Of a stretch of 64,000 bases of DNA, positions 38,226-47,575 are shown piece by piece (the first letter of the stretch is position 1; every line of letters starts with the position of its first letter). A program made the translations under genes and the position numbers. The notes under the pieces were generated by a model. That model made no database searches. It saw only the letters and a list, made by a program, of their open reading frames with translations, and was not told where the DNA came from. Source of the stretch: Candidatus Saccharimonadales bacterium (GTDB taxonomy: Bacteria > Patescibacteriota > Saccharimonadia > Saccharimonadales > EFPC-124); contig JBOHNX010000001.1 in assembly GCA_050730875.1 (NCBI GenBank), forward strand, positions 361,972 through 425,971. Reading direction: 5' to 3'.

Positions 38226-39869
38226 CTACAGTACGCGGTTAACTTCTTCGATTGTCGTTATGCCCGAACAAGCTTTCAGAATGCCATCTTGTAGCATTGT
38301 TACCATGCCTTGTTCTCTGGCTGTTTTTTCTATGATTTCAGTGTTCACCTCTGTTACGTCACCGCGCAGGTACTTTTGAATTTCATCGGTTACTACCATT
38401 TGCTCCATGATGACCAACCGGCCTTTGTAGCCAAATGGATTTTCTTCGGACACCCCCGGCTTATAGAGCGTCAGCTCCTCAATATCTGGCTTTTTAATGG
38501 CTTTGGGTAAGTCTTTTAACGCGTCAGTAATGTATTTTTTAGTCGCTGCATCTGGTTTGTAAGCTACCTTGGTTTTGTCATCCAACCGTCTGACCAAGCG
38601 CTGACCAATCACTAAGCGGATAGCGCTGGAAAAGATTGGATTTTGGCCGATCATGTCAATAATACGACTGAATGCCGCAGCTGCGGTGCTGGCGTGAAAG
38701 GTTGAAAGCACTAAGTGACCCGTAATTGATGCCTGGATAGCCGTGCGCGCAGTATCGACATCGCGGATCTCACCAACCATCACAATGTCAGGGTCCAAGC
38801 GCAGCACGGCGCGCAGCTTTTCGGCAAAGCTATCGCCAGCTTGAGTGTTAACTGGAATCTGGCTAATGCCAGGTACGCTCAATTCAACCGGATCTTCGAG
38901 TGTCAGAATTTTGCGCCCTGGGTCGTTAAGCGCATTGATAACGCTATACAGCGTGGTCGACTTACCGGAACCCGTCGGACCGACAACCATCACCATGCCG
39001 TGGGGATGCGCGATAATATCTTCGACATGTTTGCGTTGCTCATCGCTCAACCCCAGCTGGGTCACATTTAGTAATTTGGGATCGAAGTTAAACAAACGAA
39101 TAACCACATCTTGGCCATAAATTGTCGGCACGCTTTCGATACGCATATTCAGCTGGCGCGTGGTGCCGTCTGCCTGCTTGATTTCTTGCTGCATATGGCC
39201 GGTTTGGGCATCTGTTGCTGCGGTGCTGATGTTGCCGCGCGAAGCAACCGACGCAAGCAAAATGCGGTACTTGTCATGCGTCAGCGTTGCGATTGGGTGC
39301 AATGTGCCATCGACACGAAACCGAATGCGGATATCTTTCATTTGGTTTTCCAGGTGGATGTCCGACGCACCAAGGCGATCTGCCTGGGTAATGAGGTAAT
39401 TGAGGATGTCGTCGGAACGGACGGTGTCGAGCGTTTTTGATACTTCAGCAATTGTGGCGCTATCGCCTGCTTTGGCGATTTTGACGTCTTCGTACACGAC
39501 AGTTTTCGGCGGGTCGTAACGGCGCATGAATTCGCGGAAACCGGAATCCGAAATCATCATAAATTGCACGACTCGACCTTCAGAACGAGCCCGCAGTTGC
39601 TGTAAAAGTGGCTGCGGCGTAGCAGTGGTAATACCAAAAATAAGCGGCGATTCTTCTGCACCGTCGCTCAGCGGCACCAGATGTCCGGCATACATTTCTT
39701 TAATGTCGATAATTCCTGAATGCAAGGGAACAGTTTTGCTCAGCTGGCGCGTGTCTAGATATTGCAAACCAAGCAAGCCAGCACGCCGCTGGGTATTCGC
39801 TTCTTCCTGCTCGCGAAAGCGCGTTTGGGTATCGGTCACTTTTGCCACAATGCCTTTATTGTAAAGCAT
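38226..39869 (-). CDS. pilB: Type II/IV secretion ATPase (PilB/GspE family)
   Basis: T2SSE N-terminal domain, Walker A GPTGSGKSTT, Asp box LTLEDPVE, Walker B/His box (IVMVGEIRD, GHLVLSTFH). Confidence 0.9.
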   Translation of the reverse strand: MLYNKGIVAKVTDTQTRFREQEEANTQRRAGLLGLQYLDTRQLSKTVPLHSGIIDIKEMYAGHLVPLSDGAEESPLIFGITTATPQPLLQQLRARSEGRVVQFMMISDSGFREFMRRYDPPKTVVYEDVKIAKAGDSATIAEVSKTLDTVRSDDILNYLITQADRLGASDIHLENQMKDIRIRFRVDGTLHPIATLTHDKYRILLASVASRGNISTAATDAQTGHMQQEIKQADGTTRQLNMRIESVPTIYGQDVVIRLFNFDPKLLNVTQLGLSDEQRKHVEDIIAHPHGMVMVVGPTGSGKSTTLYSVINALNDPGRKILTLEDPVELSVPGISQIPVNTQAGDSFAEKLRAVLRLDPDIVMVGEIRDVDTARTAIQASITGHLVLSTFHASTAAAAFSRIIDMIGQNPIFSSAIRLVIGQRLVRRLDDKTKVAYKPDAATKKYITDALKDLPKAIKKPDIEELTLYKPGVSEENPFGYKGRLVIMEQMVVTDEIQKYLRGDVTEVNTEIIEKTAREQGMVTMLQDGILKACSGITTIEEVNRVL

Positions 39870-39898
39870 AAGTGGTTCTGGCTGCTAGAATAGAATCG

Positions 39899-40390
39899 AT
39901 GCAGGTTATAGTTATTGCCCATAATATCCGTAGCACACACAATATTGGCTCGATTTTGCGTACGGCCGATGGCTTTGGCGTAGAAAAAGTATACTGTACT
40001 GGTTATACACCATATCCAACACAAGTAAATGATTCCCGCCTGCCGCATGAACGAGACAAAATTACAAGGCAAATCCATAAAACAGCACTTGGTGCCGAGG
40101 CTAGCGTGCCAAATGGGCATCACCAAGACATCAGCGCCCTCCTGGATTCACTCAAAGCCGACGGATACGAGCTTGTAGCGCTTGAACAGGACGCCCATGC
40201 GATACTCCTTCCTAACTTCACGCCCTGCGAGAAAATAGCATTGCTCCTGGGCGAAGAGGTGCACGGCATATCGAAAGAGACGCTCAAACGCTTCGATGCA
40301 ATCGTCGAAATCCCTATGCATGGCAAAAAAGAGTCTTTTAATGTGAGCGTTGCAGCCGGCATTGCTTTATATGTGTTAAGTGACTTGTAA
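39899..40390 (+). CDS. SpoU/TrmH family RNA 2'-O-methyltransferase
   Basis: IAHNIRSTHNIGSILRTADGFG...LLGEEVHGIS...IPMHGKKESFNVSVAAGIALY are SPOUT motifs 1-3. ATG 39899 lies 7 nt after TGCTAGAAT; the track start at 39872 abuts pilB. Confidence 0.85.
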   Translation: MQVIVIAHNIRSTHNIGSILRTADGFGVEKVYCTGYTPYPTQVNDSRLPHERDKITRQIHKTALGAEASVPNGHHQDISALLDSLKADGYELVALEQDAHAILLPNFTPCEKIALLLGEEVHGISKETLKRFDAIVEIPMHGKKESFNVSVAAGIALYVLSDL

Positions 40391-40479
40391 TTTTCTGCAT
40401 AACATATCATAATATGTATTTAAGTCATCTAGACTTGCACCTCTCGTTTAGCATTCTCCCAGTTAGGATTCCAGGAGGA

Positions 40480-40968
40480 ATGATGGGTAAAGCTCTCGGA
40501 GCCGGCGTTCTTGTCGTGTTCGCAACCTGGGCTGCCGTGATTACTTTGGCGGCAGCTCTCTGGATGGTCATTGTCACGGCCCTGGAACTCGGGGTTCTAG
40601 TTTGGGTACTCTGGGCAATCGCAACAACCAAGGCAAATGACATTCCCAGAGTTCTCATTGCGCTAGTTACTCCGGCCCTGCTCACACTCTTCTTCGGACT
40701 CATTTCCTGGGAGATGGGAATCGCCCAAGGCCTCACGGCCTGGGTCGAAAACGTCGAAGGTCTCGCCGCATTCGCGGCTCTGACCTTCTTGTACCTAGGT
40801 GTGTATGGCTTCTCTTTCGTCGCACCCACGTGGGGAGCAGCTGTTGCCGTCAGCGAAGCGAAAGAAGGAAGAATGGCCACTTTCTACTGGGTAGGGCTGG
40901 TAAGTGCCGTTGCTGGCCTATTGTCGGGCGGCTGGGGACACCTTGCCTGGTACGTCAACACGTACTGA
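40480..40968 (+). CDS. Hypothetical polytopic membrane protein
   Basis: About 5 hydrophobic segments. AGGAGG lies just upstream of the tandem ATGATG at 40480/40483. I recognise no family. Confidence 0.6.
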   Translation: MMGKALGAGVLVVFATWAAVITLAAALWMVIVTALELGVLVWVLWAIATTKANDIPRVLIALVTPALLTLFFGLISWEMGIAQGLTAWVENVEGLAAFAALTFLYLGVYGFSFVAPTWGAAVAVSEAKEGRMATFYWVGLVSAVAGLLSGGWGHLAWYVNTY

Positions 40969-40990
40969 TGCGAACGAGGAGGAATGTATT

Positions 40991-41039
40991 GGGTGGCCAG
41001 TCACGCGCTACGCGCAACTGGCCACCCGCGTTTTATTTT
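40991..41039 (+). terminator. Rho-independent terminator
   Basis: GGGTGGCCAGT (40991-41001) pairs with ACTGGCCACCC (41017-41027), followed by GCGTTTTATTTT. Confidence 0.75.
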
Positions 41040-41091
41040 GTAGCAACCTAGTCAAACCTGCTTTTTTAGTGCATACTAAGCCATAAGCAAA

Positions 41092-42081
41092 ATGCCTAAA
41101 CAAAAACGTATTCACCATACCCACAAAAAGCATATTCGGCGCTTGCACACTGCGCGCATTGTTTGGTTTATTATCTTGGCAATTGGACTTTTGCTGATCC
41201 AATTTATTTATAACCTCCAACGCGCTGAGGCGCCACGCGTACTTGCGTACGCCACTAATGTTAATCGTGCCGATCTTACTGCTTATACCAATCAAAAGCG
41301 CGCCGAAAACGGCTTGGGTGCACTCACTCTTCACTCTCAGTTAAACAGCGGTGCGCAAGCCAAGGCAGAACATATGATAGCCAACAACTACTGGGCGCAT
41401 ACCGCACCAGATGGCACTGAACCTTGGTATTTCTTTACGCAAGCTGGTTATAGATATATTCGTGCTGGCGAGAATTTAGCCTACGGCTTTGCGACGAGTG
41501 CCGAGATTGTCGAGGCCTGGATGAACAGTGCAGGCCACCGTGCCAACATTTTGGGCAACTATGTAGATGTCGGTTTTGGATACGCCAGCAGCGCAACCTA
41601 TCAGGGTGGAGAAAACACGGTAGTTGTTGCATTTTATGGCGCGAAGAGGACCAGTACACCTGCTCCCGCCCCGGCCCCGGCGCCGGCCCCAGCACCGACG
41701 CAGCCAAAAGCTGTCGAAAAACCTACACCGCCTCCTGCCCCCGCTCCTGAGCCAGAACCGGAACCCACTCCCGAACCCGAAAAACCAGAAGGACCAGCTG
41801 AAGAAGAACCGAAGCAACCCGAGCAAAAACCGACCGAGGAGTCCAAAAAGGTTACGAACCTTGAAAGCCTCCTTGGTGGCCAAGCAAACTGGGCAGTCTA
41901 TGCTAGCGTCGGTCTTATTGGCACAACCTCAATCGGCTTTGCCGCTACGCACTGGCAACTCGTTCGCCGCAGCTGGAAATACAGTAAACACTTTGTACTC
42001 GTCCATCCAGCACTCGACATGGCAGTTATCGCCACCATCGCCGCGATCATCCTCACTGCTGCTTCTGGATTTATTAAGTAA
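41092..42081 (+). CDS. CAP/SCP (YkwD-like) domain protein with a Pro-rich linker and C-terminal TM anchor
   Basis: N-terminal TM helix. CAP core is QKRAENGLGAL...AQAKAEHMIANNYWAHT...GENLAYG...VEAWMNSAGHRANIL. This is followed by PAPAPAPAPAP...PEPEPEPTPEPEKPE and a terminal hydrophobic segment. Confidence 0.85.
   Translation: MPKQKRIHHTHKKHIRRLHTARIVWFIILAIGLLLIQFIYNLQRAEAPRVLAYATNVNRADLTAYTNQKRAENGLGALTLHSQLNSGAQAKAEHMIANNYWAHTAPDGTEPWYFFTQAGYRYIRAGENLAYGFATSAEIVEAWMNSAGHRANILGNYVDVGFGYASSATYQGGENTVVVAFYGAKRTSTPAPAPAPAPAPAPTQPKAVEKPTPPPAPAPEPEPEPTPEPEKPEGPAEEEPKQPEQKPTEESKKVTNLESLLGGQANWAVYASVGLIGTTSIGFAATHWQLVRRSWKYSKHFVLVHPALDMAVIATIAAIILTAASGFIK
41656..41835 (+). repeat. Low-complexity GC-rich codon repeat encoding a (PA)n/(PE)n linker
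   Basis: CCNGCN/CCNGAN codon runs inside the CAP-domain gene generate long shadow ORFs in other frames. Confidence 0.8.
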
Positions 42082-42563
42082 TGTCCATTCATCCACCAAA
42101 AGTTATCACAAGCGCAGAAGGTCTCGGACTTAACACGCATAAGGAAATGCTTTTTATAACACCAGATCTGGGAATTAGTACTGAGCGCTGGGGCAAAATG
42201 CCTCAAGTTTGGCAAGAAAGCGGCATAGTTATCGCCGACGAAGGTTACCAGTGGCGAACCCGCTGGGAAGTAGGCACGCCTTATATAGTTACAAAGCTTT
42301 TTGACGCTGCCGCCACGCTGGTTGGTATTTATTGTGACATTTCCCGTCCGGTTCAGCGCATCGAATCCGGTTTTACGTTTGAAGATTTGTATCTCGACGT
42401 ATGGCAAACCCCAAATAACCAAGCAGTCATTTTGGATGAGGACGAGCTACAAGAAGCATTGAAAGCAAATCTAATCACCGAACAAGAAGCCTTAGGCGCA
42501 CAAAAAATAGCGCAGCAAGTTCAGCGGCAACTCGACACAGACCCTAATTTTACGAATTTCTAA
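42081..42563 (+). CDS. DUF402 domain protein (nucleoside tri/diphosphatase-like)
   Basis: GIYCDISRP...FEDLYLDVW...VILDEDEL is the pattern typical of DUF402. TAATG overlap with the CAP gene. Confidence 0.8.
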   Translation: MSIHPPKVITSAEGLGLNTHKEMLFITPDLGISTERWGKMPQVWQESGIVIADEGYQWRTRWEVGTPYIVTKLFDAAATLVGIYCDISRPVQRIESGFTFEDLYLDVWQTPNNQAVILDEDELQEALKANLITEQEALGAQKIAQQVQRQLDTDPNFTNF

Positions 42564-45500
42564 CTATTTTAGGGCTACGCAATCGGGGCCAAGCAGGTTT
42601 ATGATGCTGGTCTTGAGTTCATCGTGCGGTTCGATGGTGAATGGCAGGCGCATGGCAGATTTTTTTTCGGTGCCGAGCACTAGCACTACTTCGTGATCAC
42701 CGGGGTAGTTGTTGAAGCTTTGCTTTAATTGCACCAAAGCATCGTGATTATCGGGGTCTTTGACGTGCACATACAACTTTGGTTTGATTTCGATAACGGG
42801 TTGATAAATAACTGAAGGCTCTTGGGTTACGGCAGCGCTGGCGGTTTTCGATTGCGAAGCCTTGGGCAGTTTCATGTTTTTGCCGGTTGATTTGTAGTTT
42901 GCAAGTTCTTCCGGTGTTACGAACACGATATCGTCAGCAATCATCTTGAGCTCGTCAACTACGCGTCCGTCGCGATCTTTGGCGTTCAGTTTGCCTTTTA
43001 CCTTCACAACGACATCTTGTACGAGTTTGTCGCCAATCTCTTCGAACAATTTCGGAAAGACGATAATCTCCATCTCACCGCTTTTGTCCTCCATTTTCAC
43101 AAAGGCCATCTTGCTGCCATTTTTCGTGTTGATGGCACGGACGTCCATAATTACTCCGCCAATTGTCGCGGTTCTGCCGTCCATATTTTTTTCGAGCTGA
43201 CCGATTGGCATGGTTTGTTCGGCGAAGTACGCATCGAACTTATCGAGCGGATGAGCACTTAAGTACAGACCAAGTAGCTCACGCTCCCACTGTAAAAGTT
43301 CGTGCTCGCCGTTTTTGGTTGGCGCTGGTTCGAGCTTGAGCGGTGGGATCATGTCTTGCATAAGGTTGCCGAATAGGTCGGTCTGGCCAGCGGCAGCGTC
43401 TTTTTGCACTCTCGACGCATAACCCAAAATAGCATCGAGGTTGTATAGCAAATCTGAACGATCGCCAAGGCTATCGAACGCGCCTGCTTTAATGAGACTT
43501 TCCAGGTTTTTGCGATTCACAATACGCACGTTGACGCGTTTCATGAAGTCCTCAATGGTAGCAAATTCACCGCCTTCTTCGCGCACGCGCAGAATTTCTT
43601 CAACGGCGTTGTTGCCAACATTTTTAACCGCGTTCATGCCAAAGCGAATTTGGTTTGTATCAGGCACGACGGCGAATTCTGAGAACGACTCGTTTACGTC
43701 TGGCGCCAGTACCTTGAGGCCCATGTGGTTACACTCAGTAATTTCGATTGCCAGGCGGTCTGTATCGTCTTGGTCACTGGTCATCAGCGCAGCCATAAAC
43801 GCTGCAGGGTAATGCGCCTTTAGGTACGCAGTCCAATAGGCAATTAGGGCGTAACAAGCCGAGTGAGACTTGTTGAAACAGTAGTCAGCAAAGCCGAGTA
43901 AGTGCTTCCAGAATTTCTCGATTGTGCTATGCGGAACGCCATTTTTAACCGCGCCATCCACGAACTGCTTACCCATTTTCTCCATGACATCGAGCTTTTT
44001 CTTACCGATGGCTTTACGTAAAGTGTCGGCTTCGCCACCAGTGAAGCCACAGACTTCTTTTGAAATCTGCATCACCTGTTCTTGGTACACAAGCACACCA
44101 AAAGTGTTTTGCAGCGCCGGCTCCATGCTTGGGTGATCAAACTTCACGACTTCCTTGCCGTTTTTGCGGCGAATGAACGCATCGACCAGACCGGCCGAAA
44201 GTGGTCCTGGACGATACAAGGCGCACATGGCAATGATATCGTCGAAAACAGTCGGTTTGAGCTCACGCAGGTAGCGCTTCATGCCGGCAGATTCAAGCTG
44301 GAAGACACCTGTAGTATCACCACGCGCCAGCAATTCGTAGGTCTTTGAATCCTCTAGCGGCAACGTCGCAAGGTCAATATCGGTATCGTAAACCTTTTTG
44401 ATAATACGCATGGCATTTTTGATAATGGTAAGGTTGCTGAGGCCGAGGAAATCCATTTTAAGCAGCCCAAGCTCTTCGATTGGACCCATTGGAAACTGCG
44501 TGCTCACAACGCCTTTTTGGGCGAGCTCCAGCGGTACAAACTTCACTAATTCATCTGGTGCAATAACCACACCCGCGGCGTGTACACCGTGCGAGCGGAT
44601 TGTACCTTCGAGGCGAATAGCCAAGTCGATAACTTTCTTGGCAGTTGGATTGCTCGTGTATTCTTTGTTGAGATCTGGGTCTTTTTCGACTGACACTTTC
44701 AGCGGAATATGGCGCCCCTGCACCGGCGCTGGGATCATTTTGGCTAAACGGTCAGCTTCGGCGTATGGAACTTCCAAAACTCGCGCAACATCACGCACCG
44801 CAGCGCGCGCGGCCATTTTACCGAAGGTTACAATGTTTGCAACACGGTCGGAGCCGTATTTTTTGGCGCAGTATTCAATTACTTCATCGCGGCGAGTATC
44901 CTGGATGTCAATGTCGATATCAGGCATGCTGATGCGGTCTGGGTTTAAGAAACGTTCAAACAGCAGATCATAGGTTAGCGGATCAAGATCGGTAACGCGA
45001 AGGCTGTACGCAATAATCGAGCCTGCAGCCGAACCACGTCCTGGCCCAAAGACGATTCCTTGATCTTTACCCCAGTTAATGAAGTCCTGCACGATTAAGA
45101 AGTAGCCATTAAAACCCATGCGGTCAATGACGCCAAGCTCGAAATCGGCGCGATCAAGCACTTCTCGCCCGAGCTTCTTTTTTGCATCTTCTATCGAAAG
45201 TTTCTGTGCGTCATCCCGCGGAACATCAGCATAACGCTCGGCAAGCCCTTGATATACTAACTTATCGAGGTACGTCTTTTCCGTTTCTCCTTGAGGTACT
45301 GGGAAATTCGGAATTAACATACCCCCGAGATCTAACTTTACATCGCAACGTTTTGCTAGCGCAGCAGTGTTTGTAATCAATTCGGGATGGGTTTTGCCCC
45401 AGCGACCAACAATCTCGTGAGGGTCTTCAACAAAAAGGTCGAAGTCTTTCAGGCTAAACCGATCCTGATCATTCAAAAATGCACCGGTCTGCACACAGAG

Positions 45501-46202
45501 CAGAATTTCGTGGGCTTCTTTGTCTTGTGGAGAACTGTAATGGGCATCACAAGTTACTACCGCTGGTATATCCAGTTCTTGTGATAATTTTAGCAGCTTC
45601 GCGTTTAGTTTTTCTTGCTCGTCCCACTTGCTTTTATGGTCGGTGTGGCCGTGGTCTTGAATCTCAATGTAGTAGCGGTCACCAAAGACCGATTTATACC
45701 ACTTGGCATATTCGTAGGCTTTTTCGTCTTGATCTTGGCGAAAATGCTCGCCTAACTCGCTACCGGCGCAAGCTGAAAGACAAATAAGACCCTCGCTATA
45801 TTTTTCGAGCAAGTCGTGGTCAATGCGCGCTTTGTAGTAAAAACCCTCCAGGTTGGCGATGGTCGAAAGCCGCATAAGGTTCTCGAACCCCTTATTATTC
45901 ATCGCAAGCAAAATAAGGTGGTAGCGAGCTTTGTCTTTGCTGGGGTCTTTGTCGGCGATAGTGCGCGGCGCAACATATGTTTCGATGCCGATTATTGGTT
46001 TAATACCGCGATCTGTTGCTTCTTTGTAGAATTCAACTGCTCCAGATAGTGTGCCGTGGTCGGTAATTGCAACAGTATCCATGCCGAGCTCTTTCACTCG
46101 GTCGAGCATTTGGGGCACTTTTTGCAGCCCATCCAGCAAGCTGTGATGGGTGTGATTGTGCAGGTGCACAAAATCACCTGGCTGTAATGCGGCCTTGACC
46201 AA
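42564..46202 (-). CDS. dnaE: DNA polymerase III subunit alpha
   Basis: PHP domain (HLHNHTHHSLLDG), polymerase core (PDIDIDI, GLLKMDFLGL), OB fold. TTG start preceded by GGAGGGGAG. Confidence 0.97.
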   Translation of the reverse strand: MVKAALQPGDFVHLHNHTHHSLLDGLQKVPQMLDRVKELGMDTVAITDHGTLSGAVEFYKEATDRGIKPIIGIETYVAPRTIADKDPSKDKARYHLILLAMNNKGFENLMRLSTIANLEGFYYKARIDHDLLEKYSEGLICLSACAGSELGEHFRQDQDEKAYEYAKWYKSVFGDRYYIEIQDHGHTDHKSKWDEQEKLNAKLLKLSQELDIPAVVTCDAHYSSPQDKEAHEILLCVQTGAFLNDQDRFSLKDFDLFVEDPHEIVGRWGKTHPELITNTAALAKRCDVKLDLGGMLIPNFPVPQGETEKTYLDKLVYQGLAERYADVPRDDAQKLSIEDAKKKLGREVLDRADFELGVIDRMGFNGYFLIVQDFINWGKDQGIVFGPGRGSAAGSIIAYSLRVTDLDPLTYDLLFERFLNPDRISMPDIDIDIQDTRRDEVIEYCAKKYGSDRVANIVTFGKMAARAAVRDVARVLEVPYAEADRLAKMIPAPVQGRHIPLKVSVEKDPDLNKEYTSNPTAKKVIDLAIRLEGTIRSHGVHAAGVVIAPDELVKFVPLELAQKGVVSTQFPMGPIEELGLLKMDFLGLSNLTIIKNAMRIIKKVYDTDIDLATLPLEDSKTYELLARGDTTGVFQLESAGMKRYLRELKPTVFDDIIAMCALYRPGPLSAGLVDAFIRRKNGKEVVKFDHPSMEPALQNTFGVLVYQEQVMQISKEVCGFTGGEADTLRKAIGKKKLDVMEKMGKQFVDGAVKNGVPHSTIEKFWKHLLGFADYCFNKSHSACYALIAYWTAYLKAHYPAAFMAALMTSDQDDTDRLAIEITECNHMGLKVLAPDVNESFSEFAVVPDTNQIRFGMNAVKNVGNNAVEEILRVREEGGEFATIEDFMKRVNVRIVNRKNLESLIKAGAFDSLGDRSDLLYNLDAILGYASRVQKDAAAGQTDLFGNLMQDMIPPLKLEPAPTKNGEHELLQWERELLGLYLSAHPLDKFDAYFAEQTMPIGQLEKNMDGRTATIGGVIMDVRAINTKNGSKMAFVKMEDKSGEMEIIVFPKLFEEIGDKLVQDVVVKVKGKLNAKDRDGRVVDELKMIADDIVFVTPEELANYKSTGKNMKLPKASQSKTASAAVTQEPSVIYQPVIEIKPKLYVHVKDPDNHDALVQLKQSFNNYPGDHEVVLVLGTEKKSAMRLPFTIEPHDELKTSIINLLGPDCVALK

Positions 46203-46300
46203 CGCTTCTCCCCTCCGTCGTTTCTGTGTTTAAGATGTGCGGCTTATATTAAGTATAGCACTCGTGTTTAGAGTGATTTGAGGCGAACTTTACAACGAAA

Positions 46301-46582
46301 CTACTTTTTGCGGCCTTCTTCGATTGTGTTCTGTACGGCTTCCATAATGCCATCGAGGAATGGCACATACTGAAATACAGAGAGAAACCAAATAAGCAGC
46401 GCGACAATAAGCGTGCCGCCGATAACACCGCCAAAACCAAAGAAAATCCCACGCCAAAAGTTCATCCAGTAAATCTGACGGCGGTTCCGATAAAAATCTT
46501 CAAAAAGTTCTTCAAGCAAGGCGCGCGGGGCACCTTTTGCTTGCTCATCTTTAAACTTTTCGACGAGTTTCTTAGGACTCAT
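46301..46582 (-). CDS. Hypothetical small membrane protein
   Basis: 93 aa from ATG 46582 (the track start at 46585 is TTG). Amphipathic N-terminus, then WMNFWRGIFFGFGGVIGGTLIVALLIWFL. Confidence 0.6.
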   Translation of the reverse strand: MSPKKLVEKFKDEQAKGAPRALLEELFEDFYRNRRQIYWMNFWRGIFFGFGGVIGGTLIVALLIWFLSVFQYVPFLDGIMEAVQNTIEEGRKK

Positions 46583-46591
46583 CAAAAAAAC

Positions 46592-46879
46592 CTAGCGCTT
46601 CTTGTCGGTTGGCTTATTAAAACCGCTCTTCGCACCTTCTACCGCGTTTTCGGCACGGGTACGAAGCTCTTCAGCCTTGCCTTTTGCTTGTTGAGCCACT
46701 TCTTCGGCTTTTTCGCGTGCTTCGTCCGATTTGTGGACAGCTTCGCTTTTAAGGTCGTTTGCTTTTCGCTTGATGTCTTTGCGAGTTTCTTTACCGCTTT
46801 TTGGCGCAGTCAAAAGCCCAGCTACAACGCCAGCCACTGCTCCTAGTAATAAACCTATTCCAAACCGTCGTTTTGCCAT
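46592..46879 (-). CDS. YtxH domain protein (general-stress-type)
   Basis: MAKRRFGIGLLLGAVAGVVAGLLTAPKSGKETRKDI is the YtxH signature. AAGGAGG lies 9 nt upstream of ATG 46879. The track's 46592-47005 extension overlaps the upstream gene. Confidence 0.8.
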   Translation of the reverse strand: MAKRRFGIGLLLGAVAGVVAGLLTAPKSGKETRKDIKRKANDLKSEAVHKSDEAREKAEEVAQQAKGKAEELRTRAENAVEGAKSGFNKPTDKKR

Positions 46880-46880
46880 A

Positions 46881-47150
46881 TCAGTCTTCCTCCTTCTTCT
46901 TTTTGCCACGGCGATCAGTGAAACGATTAATCTGATCCAAAATAAAACGAGAAACAACGGCTGGCGCCGCAGCTTTTTGCAGTGTCGAGATGAGGCCTTC
47001 GGCACGGGCTACTGTGCGCTCGGCCGCGCCAGCAACACGTTTAATTTTTTGCGCAATAATAATGAGGTAGACTGCCAAAACAATCGCCAGTACCAAAAAG
47101 ATCGCCAATGCAACTGCGAGAATGATAACCAAAATTTCTGAAGCGCTCAT
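46881..47150 (-). CDS. DUF948-like membrane protein
   Basis: An N-terminal TM helix followed by a helical region, with a Lys-rich tail. DUF948 and YtxH genes are typically paired. Confidence 0.7.
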   Translation of the reverse strand: MSASEILVIILAVALAIFLVLAIVLAVYLIIIAQKIKRVAGAAERTVARAEGLISTLQKAAAPAVVSRFILDQINRFTDRRGKKKKEED

Positions 47151-47223
47151 AAAAGAAATGGTGATCCTGTTTATCTGTCTTTAAGAGTAACGTAGCAAAG
47201 CCTAGGAGTAAAGCAAAAAGTGG

Positions 47224-47481
47224 TTACGCTTGGCCTCGAAAGGCTTTTACGATACCGAGCAAGATAACCGAGCCGATAACCGCAACAAAGAGGCTCCAGA
47301 GGTTAATGCCGGTAAGCGCATCGTTGGCGCCAAGCATGCTAAAGATTAAACCGCCAATGAGTGCACCAACTATGCCCACGATAATATTGGCCATAAGTCC
47401 CATTTGAGCGTTAGTGCCCATAATCATTGAAGCAATCCAGCCTGCGAGCCCGCCAATGATGATCCAGCTGAGTATGCCCAT
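47224..47481 (-). CDS. GlsB/YeaQ/YmgE family stress-response membrane protein
   Basis: MGILSWIIIGGLAGWIA...GIVGALIGG signature. 85 aa. Confidence 0.85.
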   Translation of the reverse strand: MGILSWIIIGGLAGWIASMIMGTNAQMGLMANIIVGIVGALIGGLIFSMLGANDALTGINLWSLFVAVIGSVILLGIVKAFRGQA

Positions 47482-47575
47482 GCCCTTACTCCTTATTTAC
47501 CTTGTAGCTTTATTGTACTTTTTGCTACTTTTGCTGTATGCGAAATTTTTCGCTTCAGGGAAGGGCGCAGTATGC

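Noticed and set aside
40414-40479. Upstream extension of the membrane-protein ORF (track start 40414)
   Set aside because: The extension (MYLSHLDLHLSFSILPVRIPGG) precedes a strong AGGAGG that sits immediately before the tandem ATGs at 40480/40483. The hydrophobic protein begins there.
41476-42133. Several overlapping ORFs (41476-41883 on the minus strand, 41624-42133 on the plus strand, 41634-41846 on the minus strand) and a possible tandem repeat or CRISPR-like array in the GC-rich region
   Set aside because: They are alternative frames of the (PA)n/(PE)n codon repeat inside the CAP-domain gene. There is no repeat-spacer periodicity and there are no cas genes, so I call it a low-complexity coding repeat only.
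46256-46275. CIRCE-like sequence TAGCACTC-GTGTTTA-GAGTG upstream of dnaE
   Set aside because: Only 5 bp of each arm can pair (CACTC/GAGTG), the spacer is 7 nt rather than 9, and the outer TTA/TAA bases are missing. It is probably a chance half-site.
46880-47005. N-terminal extension of the YtxH ORF (track 46592-47005) overlapping the DUF948 gene
   Set aside because: The YtxH family N-terminus and a strong AAGGAGG SD coincide with ATG 46879. The extension would overlap the upstream gene by 125 nt in another frame.
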